Shown here in pieces: positions 19,001 through 26,678 of a DNA stretch of 38,631 bases; the first letter of the stretch is position 1, and each line of letters begins with the position of its first letter. Both the position numbers and the translations under genes were made by a program. The notes under the pieces are model-generated. The model was not told where the DNA came from. It searched no databases and saw only the letters and a program-made list of their open reading frames with translations. This DNA is from a virus (lineage: Duplodnaviria; Caudoviricetes), in the IMG/VR virus record IMGVR_UViG_3300032244_000153, positions 1 through 38,631 of that record. The stretch is one strand, 5' to 3'.

Positions 19001-22000
19001 TGGTCACCGTTGGGGAGACGGTGTTCTTGTCGTCAAGATCGACAAGGACAGACCGTTCATCACGCTCGGCGAAGGTGGCACGCGATTGCACCCGGACTTC
19101 CCGCTGGGCATGCGTGGGCAAGTGGTTGGCAAGCTCGACGCGGCCGTCAACTACGAATTGCTGTGGCAGGACTGGCTAGACAAGCAAAGAACGTCCAAGC
19201 TTGCTACGAATAAGGAAGCCAAAATCAATCTGCGCCGAGCATTTGAACTTTCAAAGCCAGAGCTAGAGGTAACGCAGGAGCTTGTTGATCGCATCGGCCC
19301 GATTCAGCAGGGCAACATCGACAGCAGCCGGCAGGCGGTGTTGGCCGTTGATATGGCTTTGAATCGTTGGAGAACAGGCAGCATTGCCAAGAACAAGGGA
19401 GGAGCGTCTCCGCAAGGATTTGTGGATGCCGTTGCGAACTCTCCGGCGAATGTAGTTCTGAATGAATACAAGATCGGAGACGTCAAAGCTGCCATCAAAG
19501 ATGGCAGCATGAGCATCTACCAGCTCGGCGATGAGAATTCCGGTATTTGGTTTGCGCTCAAGAAGGGCAATCCGGCTGCCGAGTACGGCCTCAATATTGA
19601 CGGCCTTACTGACCAAGATATGACTCTCACCGCCGTGGTCAATAATGAGCAGGGAGCGCGTGGTATTGGAGCGCCTGCGGTAGTGCTGAAAGCGTTGCGG
19701 GAAGGCGCTACCGTCCTCGACTGCTTCGCGGTACAATCGGCTCGCTTCCCCGACGGCTTTCTGCCGAGCCTCTATCGTGAGTTTGGATTTGAAGTTGTTG
19801 GGGAGGTTCCGTTTGAACCGAAGTATTACAGCAAGAAGAAGCTGGCCGATGCCGAGAAGTTCTGGACGGAGTCTGGATGGGACAAGAACAAGTACGGCTA
19901 CCCGCGTGTAGTCATTATGAAATGGAGAGGCACAGATGAAGACCGGGCAGGCATCACCGAGCGATATTTACGAGACGGCATTGCAGGTGTTCTCTCCGGA
20001 GGAGCTTCGGCAAATGCCCAGGCAGCAGCGGCTCTCTTTGGCGGTGATGCTGGAACGCAGGCTGGAGCAGCGGTCGGCCCCGTCGAAGGACGAGTTGGAG
20101 GGACTGAAAGACCTGTTGCTCAACGATCTCTGGCATCCCGCGCTGTCGGCATTGCCAGAGACATTGCAGCCCTGACCGACAACGAGGCTCGAAATCTTGG
20201 CATCAGCACGGCGGATCGTGATGCCATTGCGAGCGGGTTGCAGCCTGGTGGCGTATTCAGCCAAAGTGGAATTGGCGGCATCCTCGAGCAGGCCGCTGCC
20301 GGCCCAGCCCGAGGCGGATTCGACCCGCGCACTCTGAACATCTTCATTCGGTCGGGCGGGGACATCTCCACGATGTTCCATGAGCTGATCCACCTGCGGA
20401 TCGCCGAGTATCTCCGTCTCGCTGCTGGTGCAAATCCGCCGGCTCGCGTCGTTGCCGACTTGGACATCCTGTTCAAGTTCATGGGCGTAGAGGGAGACAC
20501 GTTCGAGGATCGTCTTCGCAACTACTCAACGATGAGCATCGAGAAGCGTGCGCCTCTCGAGGAGAAGGTCACCTACAACGCGGAGATTTACATCTGGGAA
20601 GGCAAGGCTCCGAGCGTGGAACTGCGCGGAGTATTCGACCGCATGGCAGCATGGATGCGTCGGGCGTACAAGTCGATTCGCGATAACCTGAACGATATCT
20701 ACCGGGACAAGTTCGGCACCGATCTCCCGATCCTCACCCCGGAAGTGCGAGGCGTATTTGATCGCATGCTCGCGACCGAGGAGCAGATCAAGCGGCAGGC
20801 GGCCATCAACGAGATGAAGCCGCAGTTCCAGACTCTTGAGCAGGCGCTCGCGAGCGGGATGACCGAGGCCGAGTACGCCGCGTACCAGGTCATGCTGCAG
20901 GAGGCGATGGACGCCGCCGTGACCGACATGACGAAGGCGAGCCTGCGGCAGATGCAATGGCTCGGCAACGCGCGCTCGCGGCTCCTGCGCGACCTCCAGC
21001 GCAAGCATGACCGCCAGCGGAAGGAAGTCCGCGACGAGGTCGCCGAGGAGATCCGGTTGCAGCCCGTGTACCGGGCGATGGAGTATCTGCGGACGGGGAC
21101 GTTCGTGGACTCGGACGGGCAGTCCGTCAAGATGGAGGGGCCGCACCGCCTCGACATGGAGGCCGTGCGGAACATCTACGCCGGCATGCCGACTCCCGAG
21201 TCGCTCGAGGCGATCCGCGCCACGGGCATGGCCGTGCCGACGAACGTCGCCCCGGACATCGCCGCGCTCGGCACGGGCGGCAAGGGCATGATGGGCAAGG
21301 ACGGCATCGACCCGGACGTCGCCGCCGAGCTGTTCGGCTACAGCAGCGGTGACGCCCTGATCCGCGCCCTGCTCGCCGCGACGCCGATGAAGGACGCCAT
21401 CGACGCACGGACGGACGAGGTGATGCTCGCCCGGTTCTCCGACCTCGTCGACCCGAAGGCGCGCGACGCCGCCGTTCAGACGGCGCTCCACAACGAGGCA
21501 CGCGCCCGGTTCGTGGCGGTGGAGCTGCGGTTTGTGGCGAAGGCCACGCAGCCGACGCGCGTCCTGATCGAGGCCGCACGGCAGGCCGCTCGCGAGATGA
21601 TCGCCGGCAAGCGCATCGTCGACGTCAAGCCGCAGGAGTTCATCGCCGCAGAGTCGCGCGCGGCTCGCGATGCCGCCGACCTCGGGAAGTACGAGGCCCA
21701 GGCGAAGATCACGGGCAAGGCCGAGTACGACCGCGTTCGTCTTGCCGCCCTCGCGGCGGGAAGCACGGAGGAGGACGCGGTTCGCGTGGCCGAGGAGGCG
21801 CAGGCCGCATTCGTCGCCGCGAGGACTGCGGAACGCGAGGCAGAGTTCAAGGCTCGGTTCGGCGCGTCCACGGTGCAGCAGGCGCTGATCCGCGCCAAGC
21901 GCGCGCAGCTCTACCAGAACCAGCTTGCCGCCGAGGCGCTGCGCGTCCGCGAGGAGGTTGACAAGGGCGTCAAGTACCTGAAGCAGGTGCTGCGCGACTC

Positions 22001-24335
22001 CAACGTCAAGCGCATGGGCGCGGACTACGCCGACCAGATCGAGCGCATCCTCGAGCGGTTCAACCTGGCGCGGTTGAGCGTGAAGGCTCGCGCCGAGCGG
22101 CAGTCGCTTTCGGATTGGCTCGCGAAGCTCAAGGAGCAGGGTCTTGAACCTGACCTCGCTCCCGAGGTGATCGACGAGGCGAATCGGAAGCAGTACCAGG
22201 AGATGACCGTCGCCGAGTTCCGCGACCTTGTCGATAGTGTCAAGCAGCTTGAACACGTTGGCAAGGAGAAGGAAAACATCCGTCGCGGAAACGAACTGCT
22301 GAAGTTCACCGAGGAGCGCGACAGGATTGACGAGAGCCTTCGCGCCAACTTCAAGGGGAAGATCACCAAGCCGCGTTCGCCGCGAGAGGAAGGCGCTCGC
22401 AAGAAGTGGAAGCTGAAGAAGTGGATGTTCGATGGCCTGGTCGCCGCGAGCATCGTGCGAATCATGGACGGCGGCAAGGACAACGGGCCGCTATGGAACT
22501 ACCTGATCCGCACGGCAAACGCCGCCGGCGACATGGAGACTCGCATGCGCGCCGAGGCAACAAAGCGCCTGACGGAGATCCTTGCCCCGGTGTTCAAGCT
22601 CGGCAAGATGGGCGGCAAGGGAATCTACTTCCCCACAATCGGTGAGTCGCTGAACCGTGAAGCAAGGATCGTCATCGCCTTGAACATGGGCAACGACGGC
22701 AATCGCCAGCGCCTACTCGACGGCGAGGGCTGGACGCTTGAGCAGCTCACGCCCGTCCTCGAGAGCCTGACCGAAGCCGAATGGACGGCCGTGCAGGAGA
22801 TGTGGGATTTCTTCGAGACGTACCGTCCGCTCGTTGCCGCGAAGGAACGACGCCTGTACGGCAAGGAACCGAACTGGGTCACGCCGACGCCGTTCACCGT
22901 CCGCACCGCAGATGGCAAGGAAGTTCGTCTGACCGGCGGCTACTACCCGATCAAGTATGACCCGGTCGCGTCCGAGGCATCTGCTCGTCAAGATGCCGCC
23001 GAATCTGCAAAGGATCAGCTGCGCGGAGCGTATACGGCTGCAAGCACGCGCCGTTCCTTCACGAAGCAGCGTGCCAAGAAGGTCAACGAGCGCCCGTTGA
23101 TCTACAGCATGTTCGGCCTGTACAGCGGTGTCAACGAGGTCATCCACGACCTGTCATGGCACGAATGGCTGATTCAGGCGAACCGCCTGATGCGCGACGA
23201 GAAGTTCAACAAGACCGTCCGCGAGACGTATGGCGCAATCGCCGTCGAGAGGCTGAAGGATTGGGTCAACAAGAATGCCGCCGGCGATGCCAGTTCTGAT
23301 GATGCGATTGCTGCTGCCGTGTCTTTGCTGCGGCGGAACGTCAGCGTGAGCGGTCTTGGTTTCAATGTCGTCAGCGCCGCGCTTCAGATTACGGGATTTA
23401 ACCAGAGCATTGTTCGCGTCGGCGCGAAGTGGATTGCTCGAGGCGTGGCGTATACGGTCGCGAATCCCTTGCGGACATTCAAGGAAGTGAACGACAAGTC
23501 GTCGTTCATGGCGGATCGCGCTCGCACGCAGTTCCGCGAAATCAACGAAGTTCGGAATATGGTGCGAGGTGAAAGCGCGGCAAAGCGATCTATCTCGCTC
23601 GGTGCATACTTCTTGATGATGCGTATGCAGCGCATGGTCGACGTCCCGACCTGGGTCGGCGCTTATCAGAAGGCTCTTGACAGCGGAACGGACGAGGACA
23701 CCGCAATCGCGCTTGCCGACCAGGCGGTCATTGACTCGCAGGGCAGCGGCATGACGAAGGATCAGTCCGCGTGGCAGCAGGGCGGCGAGGTGTCAAAGCT
23801 GTTCACGGTGTTCTACTCGTACATGAACACCGTCTACAACATGACCGCCGTGTCAACGATGACGCCCCGCAGCAAGGGCCGGCTGGCATCGGACTATCTG
23901 ATGCTGCTTGTCGTTCCGGTCGTCCTGAACTACGCGCTGAAGAACGCGCTCACCCCGGACGTCGACGACGAGGAACCCGACCTCGAGAAGATTGCCCAGG
24001 ATCTCATCGCCGAGGAGCTGGCGTTCCTGATGGGAACGATGGTCGTTGTGCGCGAATTCCAACTTATCGCCGACAAGGTAACTGGCAGGGAAGCTGGTGG
24101 TCGAGGGTACGAGGGGCCGGCAGGTCTGCGCGGCATCGGCGAGACGATGAAGTTCTTCACGCAAGCGTCGCAGGGCGAGTTTGACCGCGCATTCCGCAAG
24201 AGCGCCGTCAACATGCTCGGCCTCGCGACCGGGCTTCCCTCGGCGCAGATCAACCGCACGCTCGACGGCATCGAGGCGCTCGCGGAGGGCGAAACCGAGA
24301 ATCCGCTCGCACCGTTGACGGGCGTGAAGCGGTGA
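16023..24335 (+). CDS. Giant ejection/polyvalent protein (~2,770 aa) with a GNAT-like module and an HExxH motif
   Basis: 8.3 kb ORF in the gp16 position; GTG start overlapping the upstream TGA; STMFHELIH at ~20367-20393; GATVLDCF...LYREFGFEVV at ~19700-19800; C-terminal ADQAVIDSQG...LFTVFYSY. Confidence 0.9.
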   Translation: MIDEDINERMARLVPQPGGIGEMPSQIPLGISMTPTFERPNAAPDIDTDYADAARRIADSRRTQMMSSLVNITAVDPDSAARSQKLGAQFGVGGDLAARNAEEFRQRAFIDSISGRDMLRRNPVLADYIAQRQFAEIAHDDVDALAKTEQEFSKGWFARFDRPVSEVVSEGIAGIGEGFGRAVAQEEMFAIAERVSQRGGRMEVYEKAALDSYREEMAKGGERGGFLEEAAYIGTQQLTSAPRMIEPAMMGATAGGAIGLVGGPAGFATVPAGMATGFSAGLFAGAFENSRRMETALLYLDLLPEIGHESATRIANTVGVFNGALDAGAARLVAKPFAGLLRGAVRQKVSESIRQQTTRAALANAAKAYGIGVAGEVTTETVQELNNVIGSEIGRYLADKPMEIETEEGREAIATRLVDTFVATAMGMSIMGAPGPAGRLYVDTRAAKQGEQQAAKLQSMVKAIADNKLLARSPERLEEFAESAVEGTDSETTYVNAAVMHDILRQSGITEQEMDTVLPGVRAQLTEMQQNGIDLGNNDVTVPTAQMTVRLQKTPLLNQILPHARLSPDAMSITEVQQFEANREQLVAEARQIMETRQETDATFVAEAQQVEDNAFEQVRPVLDAINIEKDIDKDMAARTIAKLRQAMVVVDAAEAGMTPLQYEREYGSPLRVQGDVAPVAPLEQAITLEQAATIDADYLAAVERGDMATAQRMVDDAAMVQGQEAVTYDEQGNVVPLSRRFDITSPKLFEQAAISRVSGLGAEAARKLRESVAADGGKNVRDITADQVITDERIPTITLQDLVGKRIFPTIADRTAAGVIYTGIDSSKVNVAIELLGGPLFPLRESNFNAGVIWANRGKEVISAKGKKIAEGADYMIVLMGDADMHKSNTTVANVFFATLEAYVRDKRITKKNAAALTKLVKDSETKDTDVQKYIEKFPGLDDIATLEDYLHSISFTARARLIDILGSKAALELGAPSMERILDATREESMAGHRWGDGVLVVKIDKDRPFITLGEGGTRLHPDFPLGMRGQVVGKLDAAVNYELLWQDWLDKQRTSKLATNKEAKINLRRAFELSKPELEVTQELVDRIGPIQQGNIDSSRQAVLAVDMALNRWRTGSIAKNKGGASPQGFVDAVANSPANVVLNEYKIGDVKAAIKDGSMSIYQLGDENSGIWFALKKGNPAAEYGLNIDGLTDQDMTLTAVVNNEQGARGIGAPAVVLKALREGATVLDCFAVQSARFPDGFLPSLYREFGFEVVGEVPFEPKYYSKKKLADAEKFWTESGWDKNKYGYPRVVIMKWRGTDEDRAGITERYLRDGIAGVLSGGASANAQAAAALFGGDAGTQAGAAVGPVEGRVGGTERPVAQRSLASRAVGIARDIAALTDNEARNLGISTADRDAIASGLQPGGVFSQSGIGGILEQAAAGPARGGFDPRTLNIFIRSGGDISTMFHELIHLRIAEYLRLAAGANPPARVVADLDILFKFMGVEGDTFEDRLRNYSTMSIEKRAPLEEKVTYNAEIYIWEGKAPSVELRGVFDRMAAWMRRAYKSIRDNLNDIYRDKFGTDLPILTPEVRGVFDRMLATEEQIKRQAAINEMKPQFQTLEQALASGMTEAEYAAYQVMLQEAMDAAVTDMTKASLRQMQWLGNARSRLLRDLQRKHDRQRKEVRDEVAEEIRLQPVYRAMEYLRTGTFVDSDGQSVKMEGPHRLDMEAVRNIYAGMPTPESLEAIRATGMAVPTNVAPDIAALGTGGKGMMGKDGIDPDVAAELFGYSSGDALIRALLAATPMKDAIDARTDEVMLARFSDLVDPKARDAAVQTALHNEARARFVAVELRFVAKATQPTRVLIEAARQAAREMIAGKRIVDVKPQEFIAAESRAARDAADLGKYEAQAKITGKAEYDRVRLAALAAGSTEEDAVRVAEEAQAAFVAARTAEREAEFKARFGASTVQQALIRAKRAQLYQNQLAAEALRVREEVDKGVKYLKQVLRDSNVKRMGADYADQIERILERFNLARLSVKARAERQSLSDWLAKLKEQGLEPDLAPEVIDEANRKQYQEMTVAEFRDLVDSVKQLEHVGKEKENIRRGNELLKFTEERDRIDESLRANFKGKITKPRSPREEGARKKWKLKKWMFDGLVAASIVRIMDGGKDNGPLWNYLIRTANAAGDMETRMRAEATKRLTEILAPVFKLGKMGGKGIYFPTIGESLNREARIVIALNMGNDGNRQRLLDGEGWTLEQLTPVLESLTEAEWTAVQEMWDFFETYRPLVAAKERRLYGKEPNWVTPTPFTVRTADGKEVRLTGGYYPIKYDPVASEASARQDAAESAKDQLRGAYTAASTRRSFTKQRAKKVNERPLIYSMFGLYSGVNEVIHDLSWHEWLIQANRLMRDEKFNKTVRETYGAIAVERLKDWVNKNAAGDASSDDAIAAAVSLLRRNVSVSGLGFNVVSAALQITGFNQSIVRVGAKWIARGVAYTVANPLRTFKEVNDKSSFMADRARTQFREINEVRNMVRGESAAKRSISLGAYFLMMRMQRMVDVPTWVGAYQKALDSGTDEDTAIALADQAVIDSQGSGMTKDQSAWQQGGEVSKLFTVFYSYMNTVYNMTAVSTMTPRSKGRLASDYLMLLVVPVVLNYALKNALTPDVDDEEPDLEKIAQDLIAEELAFLMGTMVVVREFQLIADKVTGREAGGRGYEGPAGLRGIGETMKFFTQASQGEFDRAFRKSAVNMLGLATGLPSAQINRTLDGIEALAEGETENPLAPLTGVKR

Positions 24336-24339
24336 CGAT

Positions 24340-24372
24340 GGGAACCGTAATCAGCACCCAATTCCCTAGCCT
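24340..24372 (+). promoter_or_regulatory. Putative late promoter 3
   Basis: GGGAACCGTAA-N16-TAGCCT; GAGGA RBS then ATG 24400. Confidence 0.7.
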
Positions 24373-24399
24373 TTCAGGGCGCATCGAGGAGACACGGGA

Positions 24400-25878
24400 A
24401 TGACGATCAGCAGCCCAGTTCGCATCGCAGGCCCGTACATCGGGGCGGGTACGCTCGCCACGTTCTCGTTCACGTTCAAGGTGTTCTCGGCGAGCGACAT
24501 CGAGGTCGTGCAGGTGGTTGTGTCAACTGGCGCGCAGACGACGCTGACGCTCACGACCGACTACACGGTCGCGCTCAACGGCAACCAGAACACGAATCCG
24601 GGCGGAAGCATCACGCTGGTCGCCGGCAATCTCGCGACCGGGACGAATCTCGTCATCACCTCGAACGTCCTGAATCTGCAACCGACCGACCTGACGAACC
24701 AGGGCGGGTTCTACCCCGAGGTCATCAACGACTCGCTCGACCGGGCGACGATCCAGATCCAGCAGCTCAACGACACCGCGCAGAACGCGGTGCATGCCCC
24801 GGTGACTGACGGCGCGCTGGCAATGACGCTTCCCTCGGCGGGAATCCGCGCCAACAAGTTCCTCGCCTTCGGCGCGACCGGGCTTCCCGTGGCATCGGAC
24901 GGAACGACGACGCCGGCGATCACCTCGGGCGGCGACATCACGCTGACGGCCAACGACGCCGGAAGCAACGTCAACCGCGACATCATTTTCGTTGACAACA
25001 CGACCGAGCGTATGCGCCTGACCGGGTCAAACGGTCGGCTCGGCATCGGCACGGCTACGCCGGCGGTCGCTCTTGACGTCGTCGGCGCGGCGGCGGTGAG
25101 CGGGAATCTCACCGTTGACACCACGACGCTGGTGGTCGATGCCACGAACAACCGCGTTGGAATCGCGAATGCCAGCCCAGCGGTCGCTCTTGACGTCACC
25201 GGAGCAGCATCCGTCAGCGGCAATCTGACGGTCGATACCACGACGCTCGTCGTGGACGCCACGAACAACCGCGTCGGCATCGGAACGGCGACGCCAGCGG
25301 TGGCTCTTGAGGTGACTGGTTCTGCAACCGTTAGCTCCACGATCAAATCCGGTGCGGGAACCATCGGCACCTCCGGTGCAGGCTGCGACCTCTCCCCGAC
25401 CGGCACGATCCGGGCGCAGGCGACATCCGGGAACGCCTACGAGGTCTGGGACTCAAGCAGCGGCACCGCCTCTCGCGTGTCCTTGGTCACGTACCAAGGC
25501 GGAGCGATCTTCGCAACTGGGCGCATCAGCGCGCTCTCCGGCACCGGCAACCGGGCCGTCTACAGCGACGGCAACGGCATCCTTACGAACTCGTCCTCCG
25601 ACCAGACCCTCAAGGAGTCCGTCGAGAACATCGCCGACGGCCCCGTGATCGTCTCTGCCCTCCGCCCCGTGCGCTTCAACTGGATCGACACGGCTCGGTT
25701 CGGGTATCAGCGCGAGGTCGGCCTCATCGCACAGGAGGTGCAGGCGGTTCTGCCCGAGGTGGTCGGGACGAACAACGACGGCACCCTGACCGTCGATTAC
25801 CCGAAGATCGTCTCGGTGCTGATCTCGGCTGTCCAGTCGTTGCAGCAGCGGGTCGCCGCGCTCGAGGCCGGAGCGTGA
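24400..25878 (+). CDS. Tail fibre with a T7 gp17-like N-terminal anchor and a C-terminal S74 autochaperone
   Basis: FSFTFKVF...DYTV...QPTDLTNQGGFYPEVINDSLDR; RVGIGT repeats; SSDQTLK...GLIAQEV...VDY...coiled-coil end. Confidence 0.92.
   Translation: MTISSPVRIAGPYIGAGTLATFSFTFKVFSASDIEVVQVVVSTGAQTTLTLTTDYTVALNGNQNTNPGGSITLVAGNLATGTNLVITSNVLNLQPTDLTNQGGFYPEVINDSLDRATIQIQQLNDTAQNAVHAPVTDGALAMTLPSAGIRANKFLAFGATGLPVASDGTTTPAITSGGDITLTANDAGSNVNRDIIFVDNTTERMRLTGSNGRLGIGTATPAVALDVVGAAAVSGNLTVDTTTLVVDATNNRVGIANASPAVALDVTGAASVSGNLTVDTTTLVVDATNNRVGIGTATPAVALEVTGSATVSSTIKSGAGTIGTSGAGCDLSPTGTIRAQATSGNAYEVWDSSSGTASRVSLVTYQGGAIFATGRISALSGTGNRAVYSDGNGILTNSSSDQTLKESVENIADGPVIVSALRPVRFNWIDTARFGYQREVGLIAQEVQAVLPEVVGTNNDGTLTVDYPKIVSVLISAVQSLQQRVAALEAGA
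25036..25335 (+). repeat. ~2.5 tandem 117-bp (39-aa) repeats in the tail fibre
   Basis: Units start at 25036, 25153 and 25270: R(L/V)GI..A(T/S)PAVAL(D/E)V.G.A.VSGNLTVDTTTLVVDATNN. Confidence 0.9.
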
Positions 25879-25880
25879 AC

Positions 25881-26105
25881 ATGAGCAACATGCACCACGA
25901 CGAACTCTTCCTCGCCATCGGGCGGCTCGAGGGAAAGCTCGACTCCTTGATCGCCATGCAGGGAAAGCAGGGCGACGAGCTGAAGGATCACGACATCCGC
26001 ATCCGCAACCTCGAGCAGTCGAAGAGCCACTTCATCGGGTACGCGGCCGCCGCCGGCGGCGCACTCGGACTCGTCGCCCACTACGCCATCAAGGCATTCG
26101 CCTAA
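25881..26105 (+). CDS. Holin/XhlA-like small membrane protein
   Basis: Coiled coil (IGRLEGKLD...RIRNLEQ) plus one C-terminal hydrophobic helix; start 25875-25890 uncertain. Confidence 0.6.
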   Translation: MSNMHHDELFLAIGRLEGKLDSLIAMQGKQGDELKDHDIRIRNLEQSKSHFIGYAAAAGGALGLVAHYAIKAFA

Positions 26106-26114
26106 AGGAACACC

Positions 26115-26666
26115 ATGCCGACCGACATCACCATCTCCACCGACAAGCCGTCGTTCCTGGTCACGACGAGCATGCCGACCACCGGCAACCTGACCGGAAC
26201 CTACGACGTCTCCGTCCCGACCGCTACTTTGCCGTCGACGACCGGGCAGACGTTCCTGATCCCGACCAACCTCGGCGACAAGCCGAGCCTGATCCGGTTG
26301 ACCCCGTTCGCCAGCGTGAACAACGGAACCACCCCAGGCTTCCGCGTGATCGGCTGGACGACCTACACCCAGACGAGCGGCACGCCGATCTACGTCCCGA
26401 TGCTGCTCGCCGACTGCGCCTGCTCGTACAACGCGACGACCGGCAGCATCCCGAGCCTGTCCGTCAACAGCGTCACGCAGCACTTCTTCCACCAGATCGT
26501 GGTGGGAACCGGCGTCCCGACCGTGAACATCTACACGCCCGGTACGGCCGCTGCTGTCGGCACGCCTCCCGCGAGCGTGGTGATCGACACCATCGGATGC
26601 CAGTACGTGACGATCCAGTTCGAGTCGTCGACCGGAACGATGGGCTGCTTCTACGCCTTCCTTTGA
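26115..26666 (+). CDS. Hypothetical Thr-rich beta protein (virion-associated?)
   Basis: AAGGA RBS, strong codon bias, located upstream of the spike gene. Confidence 0.7.
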   Translation: MPTDITISTDKPSFLVTTSMPTTGNLTGTYDVSVPTATLPSTTGQTFLIPTNLGDKPSLIRLTPFASVNNGTTPGFRVIGWTTYTQTSGTPIYVPMLLADCACSYNATTGSIPSLSVNSVTQHFFHQIVVGTGVPTVNIYTPGTAAAVGTPPASVVIDTIGCQYVTIQFESSTGTMGCFYAFL

Positions 26667-26678
26667 TCGGAGCCAGCG

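Noticed and set aside
16023-24335. Virion RNA polymerase, DarB-type methylase/helicase or intein in the giant protein
   Set aside because: I could not identify DxDGD or T7-type RNAP motifs, NPP(Y/F), Walker A/DExH, or intein C...HN-(C/S/T) signatures
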